Source: an uncultured virus (IMG/VR IMGVR_UViG_3300005437_000001)
Lineage: Duplodnaviria; Heunggongvirae; Uroviricota; Caudoviricetes
IMG/VR virus record: IMGVR_UViG_3300005437_000001
Length of the DNA stretch: 64,000 bases
Strand: one strand, 5' to 3'
Below the pieces are notes generated by a model, which was given only the letters and a program-made list of their open reading frames with translations, was not told the DNA's origin and ran no database searches. Below, piece by piece: positions 8,580 through 19,000 of the stretch. Numbering within the stretch: the stretch's first letter is position 1; the number at the start of each line of letters is the position of its first letter. The position numbers were made by a program, and so were the translations under genes.

Positions 8580-10385
8580 GTGGCCGCGACCGGGTATGGT
8601 GCCCTGAGCGACCTTACCCGTGTCGCCAAGGCAGGCGACACCATGACGGGTACGCTTGTGCTGACCGGCACCGTACCCGAGCAGGTACCCGCCGGGGCCG
8701 GGTCCGGCAAGATCTGGACGTCGGACGCGCTGGGCAACGGGAGCTGGCAGGCAGCTGCCAGCTCCCTGCAGCCCTGGCAGTTCGACGTGATGGCGTACGG
8801 GGCCAAACCGGACGGCCGGTTCGTGCCGGACGGAGCGATGCAGTCGGGCAGTCCGTTGTTGAACTGCCCCAACACCACCCCGTTCACATCCGCCGATGTG
8901 GGCAAATACACCATCGTGCCGCGCGTGGGGGCGTCCGGCGTCACGTCCCTGGTCGCCCAGATCCAGGCGTACAACAGCCCGTCCCAGGTGACTCTGAACG
9001 CCAACGCCACGGTGACCGCGTCCGGTGTCCCGATGTTCTGGGGCAGCGACAACACCAGTGCGTTCACCTCCGCTGAGACGGCGGCCAACGCCTATGCCCA
9101 GGCCAACGCGTTCGGCATTGGCGCCGTCACGGGACCTCCGGGCGTTTACGGGATCTTCGGCCCGCTCAAGACCGGGGCACCGACCTTCGGCAACGCCCAG
9201 ATACCGCTGCACATCCCCGGACCCCCCGTCAACAAGGTGACGATGCATCTGAGCCCGTACAACTACGAGTACGCGGCTACCGGCGCGTTCTGGCAGCAGA
9301 CCGTGCCGCAGTGCACCGGGATGACCCTGGTGTCCGGCGGGGTGTTCTCCAGCCAGTCGGCCCAGGGCAACAACATCACAGCCAATGGGAACCCTGCTGT
9401 GATCGGCGGGCCGACGCCGACGAACGACTACGGCACCAGCCCGGATCTGAAGTACAGCAACATGAATTTCGTGATGCGCGGCGTCACGATCATCACCCCC
9501 CTGTCGGCCAACGGCTGGAACTACTGCGCGGTCGACCTGACCGGGGTGGCCCAGTGCACCATCCGGGACGTCAACATCTCGGTGACCGGCACCTACGTCG
9601 GCGGCGACTTCAACAACCCGGTGCTGCTGTCCGGCGGGTCGTCCAAGGGCCTGCTACTCCCGGCCAACGGCAACAACGATATCCTGGACATCGAGAACCT
9701 AAGCATCTGGGGCGGCTACACCTTCAACGTGATGCTGACCGAACACGCCGACGTGCGCAACCTGCGCAGCCTGTACGGTTGGGCGGCTATGGCGGTCGTC
9801 GGCAACTACTTCAACAGCGCGGGCGCCGGTCACGCCGTCAAGATCGACCAGTGCAGCGTCGAGGGGTGCATCTACAACGGCTACATCCTGGGCCTGGGCG
9901 CGGCCGGTATCGGTCCTTACATCGACATCGACCAGATGGACACGGAGTCTCCGGCACCCCGCTGGCGGGACGACAACAGTGGCGCCCTGGCCAGTGCCCG
10001 GGGAACCATCAAGATCGTCGGCCTGTACACGGCGTCCAGCATCCAGACCGACGCCAACACCGGTCTCAATATTTTGAACGGGCAGCAGGCTCAAGGGCCG
10101 GTGGCCGCCCTGTCCTACTCGCTCGGCACGCCGTTCCAAAACACCTACTGGCAGCCGGTGCGGGTGTCGCTGGCAGGCGGGAACGTGACGGCGGTCAAGA
10201 CCAGTGCCCTGATGGGCGGTCCGGGCGGAGTAGGAGTCCCGGCCCTGACCAACATGACCCCGGCCCAGTCCGGCGGCGGCGCGTTGCCCTACAGCACGTT
10301 CGACCTGGGGCCGGGCGCCTGGATGGAGATCGACGGGTCGGTGAAACCCACGACCAACCAGTGGTCGGTGGGGGTGACCGGCTGA
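8580..10385 (+). CDS. Virion spike/fibre with beta-helix (pectate-lyase-like) domain
   Basis: KAGDTMTGTL fibre repeat, FDVMAYGAKPDG beta-helix cap, and Asn/Gly/Ile-rich repeats. Confidence 0.7.
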   Translation: MAATGYGALSDLTRVAKAGDTMTGTLVLTGTVPEQVPAGAGSGKIWTSDALGNGSWQAAASSLQPWQFDVMAYGAKPDGRFVPDGAMQSGSPLLNCPNTTPFTSADVGKYTIVPRVGASGVTSLVAQIQAYNSPSQVTLNANATVTASGVPMFWGSDNTSAFTSAETAANAYAQANAFGIGAVTGPPGVYGIFGPLKTGAPTFGNAQIPLHIPGPPVNKVTMHLSPYNYEYAATGAFWQQTVPQCTGMTLVSGGVFSSQSAQGNNITANGNPAVIGGPTPTNDYGTSPDLKYSNMNFVMRGVTIITPLSANGWNYCAVDLTGVAQCTIRDVNISVTGTYVGGDFNNPVLLSGGSSKGLLLPANGNNDILDIENLSIWGGYTFNVMLTEHADVRNLRSLYGWAAMAVVGNYFNSAGAGHAVKIDQCSVEGCIYNGYILGLGAAGIGPYIDIDQMDTESPAPRWRDDNSGALASARGTIKIVGLYTASSIQTDANTGLNILNGQQAQGPVAALSYSLGTPFQNTYWQPVRVSLAGGNVTAVKTSALMGGPGGVGVPALTNMTPAQSGGGALPYSTFDLGPGAWMEIDGSVKPTTNQWSVGVTG

Positions 10386-10442
10386 CTGGTAGAATCGCGA
10401 TTCGGTATTCAGTAGGTCAATGACGATGGGAGGGGTGGTGCA

Positions 10443-11294
10443 GTGACCGTCCAGGTCAACCAGGGTCAGACAGCCGATCTGATCGTGCAGTGGTACGCCT
10501 ACCCCAACGGCCCGCTGGCGGACGTGACCGGGCTGACGATCACGGTGAACAGCGCGGCCAGCGGCTCGGCCGTGTTCGGACCGACCTCCTCCGGAGTGAT
10601 CCACCAGGCCACCGGGCTGTACACCTTCCAGTGGGCGGTGTCGACCAGTCAGGCTTCGGGCGACTACATCGCCATCTGGAACGCGACTCTGGGCGGGTCG
10701 GCGGTCCAGACCAGCGAGATCGCCACCGTCCTGCCGTATGACAACTCGGTGTTCCTCACCTGGTGTGACATCACACTGCAGGAGGACCTGATCAACGGTC
10801 AGGGCAATGTGTCGGCCGTCAACCCGGTGACGTTCACTACCAACGTTACAGGTCAAACCGTGACCGCCCAGCAGGTGACCCTGGGCCAGCAGGTGCTCAA
10901 TCAATTCAGCAACTACACCCCCGAGTCGTCCGGGTTCAACATGAACCCGAACGACCTGCACCTGCTGCGCTACGCCATGGCGTACCAGGCGGTGTGGCAG
11001 AAGAGCAAGCCCGGCCTACTGCAACAGGGAAACTACAAGCAGCTGAGCCAGGACGGGCTGTCCGTCACGCTGAACGGCGACGAGGGGGTAGACCGGGCGC
11101 TGATGCTGGCGCCGCTGGCCAGCCGGTGCCTCAAGCAGCTGTCCTGGCAGAAGAGCCGCAGCCTGCGCGTGCGCACGCCGTTCATCGACGATCAGACGCC
11201 CCTGTCCTCCGACCCGGACGCCGAGGCCAACGACCTGTACGAGCGCTGGGTGGACATGTACAGCTTCGGCTACCGTGGAAGCTCGGTGCCGTAG
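10443..11294 (+). CDS. Head-to-tail adaptor with N-terminal Ig-like domain
   Basis: Beta-rich N-terminal half (GLYTFQW, GDYIAIW); C-terminal AMAYQAVW...SQDG...LAPLASRCL; position in the operon. Confidence 0.65.
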   Translation: MTVQVNQGQTADLIVQWYAYPNGPLADVTGLTITVNSAASGSAVFGPTSSGVIHQATGLYTFQWAVSTSQASGDYIAIWNATLGGSAVQTSEIATVLPYDNSVFLTWCDITLQEDLINGQGNVSAVNPVTFTTNVTGQTVTAQQVTLGQQVLNQFSNYTPESSGFNMNPNDLHLLRYAMAYQAVWQKSKPGLLQQGNYKQLSQDGLSVTLNGDEGVDRALMLAPLASRCLKQLSWQKSRSLRVRTPFIDDQTPLSSDPDAEANDLYERWVDMYSFGYRGSSVP

Positions 11295-11707
11295 TGGGAA
11301 AGTCCGCCGACAGCATCGCCGCTCGCGAGAAGGTCTACGGCCAGCTGCGCCAGCGCTTCCCCAAGCAGGCCATCGAATGGGTCAAGCTGGTGCAGTGGGA
11401 CCCGTGTGACAAAGTCGATCTGGGCCAGTTCGATACGCAGGACGAGAAGAGCTGGGCCGCCTACCGGTCCCCCGATCACGTCGACCGGGAGATCGAGCAG
11501 TACCGGCAGGGCGACAACGACCCGATCATCGGGGTGGTGGGGCCCGGCAAGGACGCCCGGATCGAGATCATCGACGGCCACCACCGCTACCTGGCGCGGC
11601 AGCGGATGGGCAAGAGCCGGGTCGAGGCCTACGTGGGACATGTCCCCAGCGACGAGGGCCCCTGGTCGTACACCCACCTGTCGCAGAAGGGCGGCGACTC
11701 CGGATGA
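11294..11707 (+). CDS. ParB/Srx-like N-terminal domain protein
   Basis: PIIGV...IEIIDGHHRYLA motif. Confidence 0.75.
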   Translation: MGKSADSIAAREKVYGQLRQRFPKQAIEWVKLVQWDPCDKVDLGQFDTQDEKSWAAYRSPDHVDREIEQYRQGDNDPIIGVVGPGKDARIEIIDGHHRYLARQRMGKSRVEAYVGHVPSDEGPWSYTHLSQKGGDSG

Positions 11708-12033
11708 TGGCGATACCCACCACCACCGTCAGCATCTACCGGGGTACCTACACCACCCCCGCCGGAGACATCCAGGACAGCACCATCCCTCTGTACACGG
11801 GCCGACCGGCGTCGATTATGGAGCGCACTCGGTTGGGCATCGACTCGACCACCCAGACGCCCGTCCAGATCAGGTTCATCGTCGGCCGGATGGCGTCCGA
11901 CGAGGATGTGCAGATCAGCGACCGGATCCAGGACGAGACGACCGGGATATACTACGCCGTGGCCGACATCGGAAACCTGTCGAGCCCGGTCCACACCCCT
12001 GACCTGCGCCTGGATCTCAAGCGGCTTACCTGA
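11704..12033 (+). CDS. Head-to-tail stopper
   Basis: 109 aa, beta-rich, with DRIQDETTG.YY.V; position in the operon. Confidence 0.65.
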   Translation: MMAIPTTTVSIYRGTYTTPAGDIQDSTIPLYTGRPASIMERTRLGIDSTTQTPVQIRFIVGRMASDEDVQISDRIQDETTGIYYAVADIGNLSSPVHTPDLRLDLKRLT

Positions 12034-12084
12034 CCGCTGCTGTATACTTGACCCAGCCATCAGGCCAACAGAGGGAGACCCAGA

Positions 12085-12309
12085 ATGGCCACCATTCCGA
12101 ACACCGACAGCGGCAGCGACAGCTGGGGCCCCAAGGGTCCGGAGTCGGCCAGCCACGGAGTCTCTCCGGGGACCTCGGGCCAGCTGCTCAAGGGCCAGGG
12201 GGCGATCGGCGGGGCGCAGGAGGCGCACCACCAGCCCAAGGTCGTGCCGCACCCGCAGGGCCCGTTCGTCGACCGCAGCGGCAACCGCTTCAAGGTCGAC
12301 TCCTGCTGA
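12085..12309 (+). CDS. Hypothetical protein
   Basis: GAGGGAG RBS; TATACT upstream. Confidence 0.55.
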   Translation: MATIPNTDSGSDSWGPKGPESASHGVSPGTSGQLLKGQGAIGGAQEAHHQPKVVPHPQGPFVDRSGNRFKVDSC

Positions 12310-12362
12310 CCCGGCCATCCGCCTGACCTCCAGTCCGCAACGATCCGAAAGGCCCAACCAAG

Positions 12363-12803
12363 ATGCCTACACCCGGCGGCGCGGGCGACTTCGCCGAGAC
12401 CAAGGACACCTCGGCCAACGTCGACACGTATGTGTCGGCGACGGGGGAGTTCGTCGAGCAGTACGGCCTGGTCCTGGGCACCCCCCAGACCTTCACGGCG
12501 TCCGGGACCGTGCCCTCCTCGGCCTCCAACGTCGAGATCGGCGCCATCTCCGGGGCCGTCATCCTGACGCTCCCGGCGGCCAGCGCGGTGACGGCGGGCC
12601 ACATCCTGGCGATCCACGACGGCAACGGGTCGGTCAGCTCCTCGGCCACCGTGGCTATGGTCACCCCGACCGGCGGCGGCAAGATCGGCAACGTGTCGGC
12701 GGCGACCTGCTCCACCTCCGCCGCCTCGTACGCGTTCCTGAACTCCCCGTACACCGGTACGCTGCTGATCTCGAACGGCACCAACTGGAACCCGATGCGC
12801 TGA
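12363..12803 (+). CDS. Hypothetical virion protein (possible decoration protein)
   Basis: VILTLPAA...ISNGTNW pattern of small fibre/decoration domains. Confidence 0.6.
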   Translation: MPTPGGAGDFAETKDTSANVDTYVSATGEFVEQYGLVLGTPQTFTASGTVPSSASNVEIGAISGAVILTLPAASAVTAGHILAIHDGNGSVSSSATVAMVTPTGGGKIGNVSAATCSTSAASYAFLNSPYTGTLLISNGTNWNPMR

Positions 12804-12908
12804 CGGCGCCGGACCGACAACAACCGAACAGCAGGCGCCGGGCCCCGTCGGCGGGGTAGACCCGTGGGGCCCGGCACCGCGAGCCAGACGTAGAGGACGG
12901 CGCGCAAC

Positions 12909-13277
12909 ATGGCCGAGGTGGACATCGTGTTCACACCGGGCTGGGAGGATCACCTCACGGTGATCAAGAACCGCCTGGTGATGTCCACTATGTCCGACGT
13001 AAAGGCCGACGCGCAGCGCCTGGTCCCGGTGGACACCGGGGACCTCAAGGAGTCGCTGACCCTGATCCTGTACGCCCCCGGCGTCGCCCGGATCGTCAGC
13101 CACATGCCGTACTGTGCCGCAGTCGAGCTGGGGTTCCACGGCGAGGAGTGGGTCCGCCCGTATATGCGCGAGGGCCGTCCGGTTCGCGGGCACACCCGCC
13201 AGGGCAACACCCCCGCCCAGCCCTTCCTGCGACCGTCTCTGTACCGTCCGCGCACTCTGGCGATGGTGTCGCTATGA
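12909..13277 (+). CDS. HK97 gp10-like tail-completion protein
   Basis: PVDTGDLKES, Y.AAVELG and PAQPFLRPS motifs. Confidence 0.85.
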   Translation: MAEVDIVFTPGWEDHLTVIKNRLVMSTMSDVKADAQRLVPVDTGDLKESLTLILYAPGVARIVSHMPYCAAVELGFHGEEWVRPYMREGRPVRGHTRQGNTPAQPFLRPSLYRPRTLAMVSL

Positions 13278-13561
13278 CCTGGCACGAGATCGCCCACCTG
13301 ATGGGACTGGACAATCTGGCCGGATACTGGTACGGGTTCTGGTCCGGCATCGGGTCCATCTTCATCCCGCCGACGCTGACCTCCACACCGATCGTGCTGG
13401 TGATGCTGCGCAGGCACAACTGCCATCAGCATCTGTGCTGGCGTCTGGGCCGACACCCGGTCGAGGGCACCCCGTACGTGCTGTGCCGCAGGCACCACCC
13501 CGAAGTTCCCGACCAGGTGTCGGCGGAGCAGATCGCCGACGCGATGGATGGGGTGGCGTAG
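13274..13561 (+). CDS. Small membrane protein
   Basis: WYGFWSGIG hydrophobic segment and CH..CWR.G.H...C..HH tail. Confidence 0.65.
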   Translation: MTWHEIAHLMGLDNLAGYWYGFWSGIGSIFIPPTLTSTPIVLVMLRRHNCHQHLCWRLGRHPVEGTPYVLCRRHHPEVPDQVSAEQIADAMDGVA

Positions 13562-14032
13562 GTGACTGCGACATATCGGGCGAACACCGATCTGGTTATC
13601 CAGGCGTGGTTGGCCACCTTGCCCGGCATCAACGCGGGTATGGTCGGCCGGACGCTGCCGGAAGCCGTCGACACCAACGCCACCTTTCAGACCTCCGGGT
13701 TCGTCACCGCACTGGCGGTCGGCGGGGCGCCCGATATCTACGTGCCCGAGCGCCAGCCGGTGATGCAGATCGACTGCTGGGCCGGTGCGCTGGGCGGGGC
13801 CAGCCGCCGCCCGCAATGGAACGTGGCCAACGAGCTGGCCGAGACGGTTACCAACGCGGTGTACAGCACCTCGGCGTTCAACCAAGTATTGACACTTAAG
13901 CCTGGCTATCCGACCGCCCGGGTCCAGCAGGCCCATCTGCTGCAGGAGCCGCGCCCGGTGTACGGCGACCCGCGATACTTCGCCCGGTTCCACATGGATG
14001 TCCAGTTCTATTGGATCGAGTTGACCTCATGA
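13562..14032 (+). CDS. Tail terminator
   Basis: PVMQIDCWA motif and terminal ARF..DVQF; position upstream of the tail tube gene. Confidence 0.75.
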   Translation: MTATYRANTDLVIQAWLATLPGINAGMVGRTLPEAVDTNATFQTSGFVTALAVGGAPDIYVPERQPVMQIDCWAGALGGASRRPQWNVANELAETVTNAVYSTSAFNQVLTLKPGYPTARVQQAHLLQEPRPVYGDPRYFARFHMDVQFYWIELTS

Positions 14033-14349
14033 GCAATCGACGCTTCGTCCTGTACGGACCGGTCAGCCAGTCGATGCTGACGCTGAACGGCAAGATCCTG
14101 TACCACGACAGCCGCGAAGAGCTGGAGTTCCTGCTGCCCGGGGCCGAGGTCCGGGAGATGCCGGGCGTGGTCAGGGAGGCCGACTGCCTGTGGATCGGCC
14201 ACCACCCGCAGTACAAGCACGTCACGTTCCCCATCGACCGGTCCCAGTTCAAGGGAGAGATCAATGGCCAGCAAGAGCGGTGGGAGTCCGAAGCTGACGG
14301 CCGCAGCCCGGCGCCGCCTTCCTTCGTCCAGTTTCGGGCTGCCGGGTAA
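14029..14349 (+). CDS. Hypothetical protein
   Basis: ATGA-coupled to the upstream gene; 3' end overlaps the next ORF by about 86 nt. Confidence 0.55.
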   Translation: MSNRRFVLYGPVSQSMLTLNGKILYHDSREELEFLLPGAEVREMPGVVREADCLWIGHHPQYKHVTFPIDRSQFKGEINGQQERWESEADGRSPAPPSFVQFRAAG

Positions 14350-14530
14350 GGGCCAGGTCAAGGGGTCCAAGGGAGACTACCCGATCGACACCCCCGGGCG
14401 CGCCCAGAACGCGCTCGGCAAGGCCAAGAGGTTCGCCACTCCGGCCGAGCAGGCGACCATCAAGAAGCGGGTCGCCAAGAAGTACCCGGGCATGAAGGTG
14501 TCCGGAGCCAAGGGCTCCGGCAAGAAGTAA
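14264..14530 (+). CDS. Small basic protein (DUF6582-like)
   Basis: RRRLPSSSFGLP...YPIDTPGRAQNAL motif; Lys-rich. Confidence 0.7.
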   Translation: MASKSGGSPKLTAAARRRLPSSSFGLPGKGQVKGSKGDYPIDTPGRAQNALGKAKRFATPAEQATIKKRVAKKYPGMKVSGAKGSGKK

Positions 14531-14588
14531 CAGACCGTCGACGGCTGCACCGCCTGGCAGCCACGGCCCAGAGATAGAAGGGAACGAA

Positions 14589-15167
14589 GTGTCAGTCACA
14601 GTAGCCAACCTGATCCTGGGTCCGGCGACGGTCTACCAGGCGGCGTTCGGCACCACCGAGCCGGGAGACTCCAGCGTCAACATCTCCCCGCCGAACTCCG
14701 GTGTCTGGACCGACGTGGGCGGCACCCTGGGCGGGGTCACCCTGTCCGTGGACCAGACCTACACCGAGCTGATGGTCGACCAGCTGGTCGACTCGGTGGG
14801 GCGCCGCCTGACCAAGCGCGAGTTCCTGGTGTCGACCCAGCTGGCCGAGCCCACCCAGGCCAACCTGTCGCTCGCCCTGAACGGGTCCACCACGACCTCC
14901 GGCTCCATCGGCGGGTCCGGCACGTACAACACCATCGAGCCGCTGTTCGCCACGTCGGCGACCCAGCCCAACTACATCGCCCTGCTGCTGGACGGGTACG
15001 ACATCAACTCGTTCCGGCGCCGGACGATCATCCGCCGGTCGCTGTCGACCGCCAAGGTCGACTACGTGATGGCCAAGGAGAAGCAGACCGCGTTCACGGT
15101 CACCTTCAACGGCCACTACGTGTCCAGCGCGATAGCGCCCATCCACATCGTCGGCCAGGTCGCGTGA
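14589..15167 (+). CDS. Major tail (tube) protein
   Basis: NLILGPA, WTDVGGTLGGV and VDQ motifs; strong codon bias; precedes the chaperones and tape measure. Confidence 0.85.
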   Translation: MSVTVANLILGPATVYQAAFGTTEPGDSSVNISPPNSGVWTDVGGTLGGVTLSVDQTYTELMVDQLVDSVGRRLTKREFLVSTQLAEPTQANLSLALNGSTTTSGSIGGSGTYNTIEPLFATSATQPNYIALLLDGYDINSFRRRTIIRRSLSTAKVDYVMAKEKQTAFTVTFNGHYVSSAIAPIHIVGQVA

Positions 15168-15198
15168 CCCCCGGCAACAGGTAGACAAGGAATCCGCC

Positions 15199-15591
15199 GT
15201 GACCGCCTCCACCGCGAACCGCTCCAGGACCCGCACCAAGCCGCCGATCTCCCACAAGGACAAGATCGCCGGTACCTCACTGGACGTCATCGAGATGTCC
15301 AGCGACCAGCCGGAGGTCGAGCCCGAATGGGTCGAGATCTTCCGGCTGGACGGCAAATCGTACTGTGTCGACAAGAACCTGTCGGCTCAGGTGGCCCTGG
15401 AGTACCTGCACCTGGTCCGCGTCAGCGACAAGGAGGCGGCGGTTGCCTACCTGTTCGAGGAGATGCTGGGGGAGGAGGCGTACACCGCCCTGCGGTCCCA
15501 CAAGAAGATCACGCCGACTCAGATCGGTCAGGTCCTGGTCGCTCTGCAGACGGTCCTGCTCGGTAAGGACGGCATCGCCCCAAAAGCATGA
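15199..15591 (+). CDS. Tail assembly chaperone (G)
   Basis: Lies between tail tube and tape measure; ends at a slippery site. Confidence 0.8.
   Translation: MTASTANRSRTRTKPPISHKDKIAGTSLDVIEMSSDQPEVEPEWVEIFRLDGKSYCVDKNLSAQVALEYLHLVRVSDKEAAVAYLFEEMLGEEAYTALRSHKKITPTQIGQVLVALQTVLLGKDGIAPKA
15579..15585 (+). other. Programmed -1 frameshift site C-CCA-AAA
   Basis: XXXYYYZ heptamer at the end of the chaperone; the -1 frame is that of ORF 15588-16001. Confidence 0.75.
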
Positions 15592-16001
15592 CGGACCGCC
15601 TGCGGTCGGTCGCCTGGATCGTCGATCTTCTCGACGAGGTGGAGTCCGACCTCAGCGTGTTCCATCGGATAGACGACATGCTGGAGATGCCAGCAGTCCG
15701 GTTCGTGAAGTTCGCCGAGCGGCTGCCCGCGTACACGGGCGCCGTCCAGGCCAGGCTACGGATGCTGCACCCCTCACCACCCCCCACGGCGCCCGATTCA
15801 GGACTGAATATTCAGTCAGAGCCGGAGGGGGTGGCGCAGGGTGGCGCGCCGGTCGCGTGGGCCGGGACACTGGAGAACCCGCACGAGGTGGTAATGCCCG
15901 GTAAGTACCGTGACCGCAAGGATGTCACGGTGGTGCCGATGAACAGGCAAGCGCTACAGGCCTCCGAACTCAGGGAGTTTCTGAGCTTCGGATACGGATA
16001 G
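15588..16001 (+). CDS. Tail assembly chaperone, frameshift extension (T)
   Basis: ESDLSVFHRI...RLPAYTGAV motif; in the -1 frame to the upstream chaperone. Confidence 0.75.
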   Translation: MTDRLRSVAWIVDLLDEVESDLSVFHRIDDMLEMPAVRFVKFAERLPAYTGAVQARLRMLHPSPPPTAPDSGLNIQSEPEGVAQGGAPVAWAGTLENPHEVVMPGKYRDRKDVTVVPMNRQALQASELREFLSFGYG

Positions 16002-16014
16002 AGGAGGATACGCA

Positions 16015-19000
16015 GTGGCCGACGACGGACAGGGCTTCCAGATTGCCACTGCGTTCATCCAGCTGGTCGCCAAGGACGACGGCCTGAGGGAGGACATCGC
16101 CGCCCGGATCCGGGAGGCGGCACAGGGCCAGGACATCCAGGTGTCGCTGTCGGCCAAGGACCAGGGGCTGAAAGAGGAGGTAACGGCCAAGGTCCAGGAG
16201 GCTGAGGAGGGCGAGCAGCTAGAGATCCCCATGGTCTTCGAGGACGCGGACGCGGCCGAGAAGGTCAAGGTCAAGCTGGACGAGATCGGCGCCGAGTCGC
16301 ATATCGAGGTAAACCTCGATACGGGCGAGGCCGAGCTCAAGCTGGACGAGCTGGGGGTGAAGGCCGCAGCCGTCAAGGAAGAGCTCAAGTCGATGGGCGG
16401 CGAGTCCGACCTGTCGGGACTGGCCGCCTCCCTGGACGGCCTGGCTGTCAAGCTGGAGAGCCTGGGCGGCAAGAGCGACAGCAGCAGCTCCAAGCTGTAC
16501 GGGGTCGGTCAGTCGGCCAGCAGCGCAGGCAGTGCGGCCGGACAGAGCGGCGGCATGTTCTCCAACCTGTCCGGCATGATGATGCTGGGCGTGGCCGCTG
16601 CTCTCACCCTCGGTCCCGCGCTGGCCGCACTACCGACCGCGTTCGCCGGTCTGGGGCTGGGGATCGTGGCCGCCATCGGCCCGCTGAAGGACATCGTGGG
16701 GGCGCTGACGGCGTACGGCCAGGCCAACGCGGCGGCCGGGCAGTCGGCGGCCCAGTCGGCCCAGACCGCCTTCAGCAACGCTGTAGCCATCCAGAACGCC
16801 GAGCAGGCCATCGCCGACGCCAAGCGGCAGGCTGCCATCGCGGCGCAGAACTCGGCCGACTCGATCGCAGCGGCCAACCAGCAGGTGCAGCAGTCAGAAC
16901 AGTCCGAGATGTACGCGGCCCAGGCGCTGGCCCAGGCCAAGATCGACGCGTACAACCAGATCCAGGACCTGACCAATGGCGCAGCCGACGCCAACAACAG
17001 CGTGGCCGACGCTCAGCTTGGCGTGGACCAGGCGCAGCAGAACCTGACCGCCACGATGGCGAACAGCCTGTCGACAGACCTGCAGAAGAGGCAGGCCCAG
17101 CAGGCGCTGATCGACGCCGAGCAGCGGCTCACCGACGCCAAGCAGCACGCCACCGAGGCCACCCAGGCGGCCGACAAGGCCAACCAGGAGGGTGTGGACA
17201 ACTTCCCGCCGGTAGTCCAGGCGCAGCGCGCGTATGAGCAGGCCGTGCTGGCCACGGCCAACGCACAGCATCAGCTGGTGATTGCCCAGCGCAACGCCCA
17301 GGACCAGATGATCAGCTCGGCCGAGGCCATCCAGCGGGCTGAGACCAACCTGACCGACACGTTCAAGCAGCAGCAGCTGGCCGCCGCAGCGGCTGCGGCG
17401 TCCGGTGCGGGCGGGGCGAACGCGTTTCAGCAGGCGATGTCCAAGCTGACCCCTACGGGTCAGGAGATCGTCCGCATGCTGATCGGTATGGAGGGCCAGT
17501 TCGGCAAGCTGGCTCAGAACGCCTTCCTGCCCGGCGTGCTGGTGTTCCTGCAGGACATCCAGGGGGTATTTCCGCAGGTCGTCAGCATGGTCGGCCAGGC
17601 GGGTCAGGCGTTCGGCTCGTGGTTCGGCCAGCTGGGGGCGCTGTTCCAGAACACCTCCTTCGTCAACAATTTCATGACCATGCTGCAGCAGGGCGTCGGC
17701 TTCATGAACACCATCGGCGGGTCGGTCATCTCGATGATCAGCCTGATCACCAAGGCCGCCGCCGACGCCGGGCCGATCATCCAGGCCACGGCGAGCGGCA
17801 TCGGGTCGGTGCTGACCGGTATCGGGGAGCTGCTGGACGGCCTGACGGTCGGCGGTCAGGGCGCGGCCCAGACCATCTCCGCCATCCTGGGATTCGTCGG
17901 CGACCTGTTGGGCCCTCTGGGAGAGCTGGTCGGGCTGGTGTCAGGGGCGCTGGGTCCCGCGCTGACCATCCTGCGGCCGATCCTGGACCAGGTGGTCAGC
18001 GCTCTGCTGACCGGTCTGGCTCCGATCCTGCAACACCTGTCCCCGATCCTGGTCGACGTGGCCAAGCTGATCGGCGACCTGGTTCACGCCTTTATGCCGG
18101 TAGTGAACGTGGTGCTGAAGCTGATCGACGTGGTGGCGGCGGCACTGACCCCGGTGCTGGACGATCTCATGCCGATCTTCCAGCAGATCGCCGACATGAT
18201 CGCCAACTACCTGACCCAGAACTTCAACGAGTTGATGCCAGCGATCGAGTCGATCATCAACGCGGTGGTACAGTTGCTACCGATGTTGATGCCACTGATA
18301 CAGGCGTTGCTCAATATCTATTCGGCTATCGAGCCATTGGTCCCCTCCATCATCAGTCTGGCGTCTCAGATCGTCCAGATCCTGGTGCCCGCTCTGGAGG
18401 GCCTAATCCAGATACTGATGGATCTGGTCAACTATCTATTGGTGCCCGTCATCAATGCTTTTGCGTGGGTGACCAAATATATAGTCCAGTATGTCAGTGA
18501 CGCGGTAGGCGGGATAGCTGACGCCCTGGGCTGGATCCGGACCCACTGGGACGATCTCGTCCGCTGGCTGGAGAGCATCCCGGGCCGGATCGGCAGCGCA
18601 CTGGCCGGGCTGTGGGACTCGATCCCGAACGCGTTCCGCGCGGCCGTCGACATGGTCATCAACTGGTGGGACGGCATCCGGTTCACCGTGCCCAAGATTG
18701 AGGTGGCCGGGTTCACCATCTTCGGCGGCGAGACCTTCCAGATGCCGCAGATTCCGCTGCTGGCCGACGGCGGCACGATCGGGCGCGGCGGTATGGTCCG
18801 GGTGGGCGACCGGGGCGCCGAGGACGTGCTGCTGCCTGCCGGTGCCGAGGTCATCCCGCGCCGCCACGAGGGCGGCTCGGGCGGGGGCGGCGGCATCACG
18901 ATCACCAACTTCAACCTGACGATCGAGCAGAAGGGGCTGGCCGACTTCAGCAACCCGATCGCCATGGACGCCACCGCCAGGCAGTATGCTATCCAGGTAC

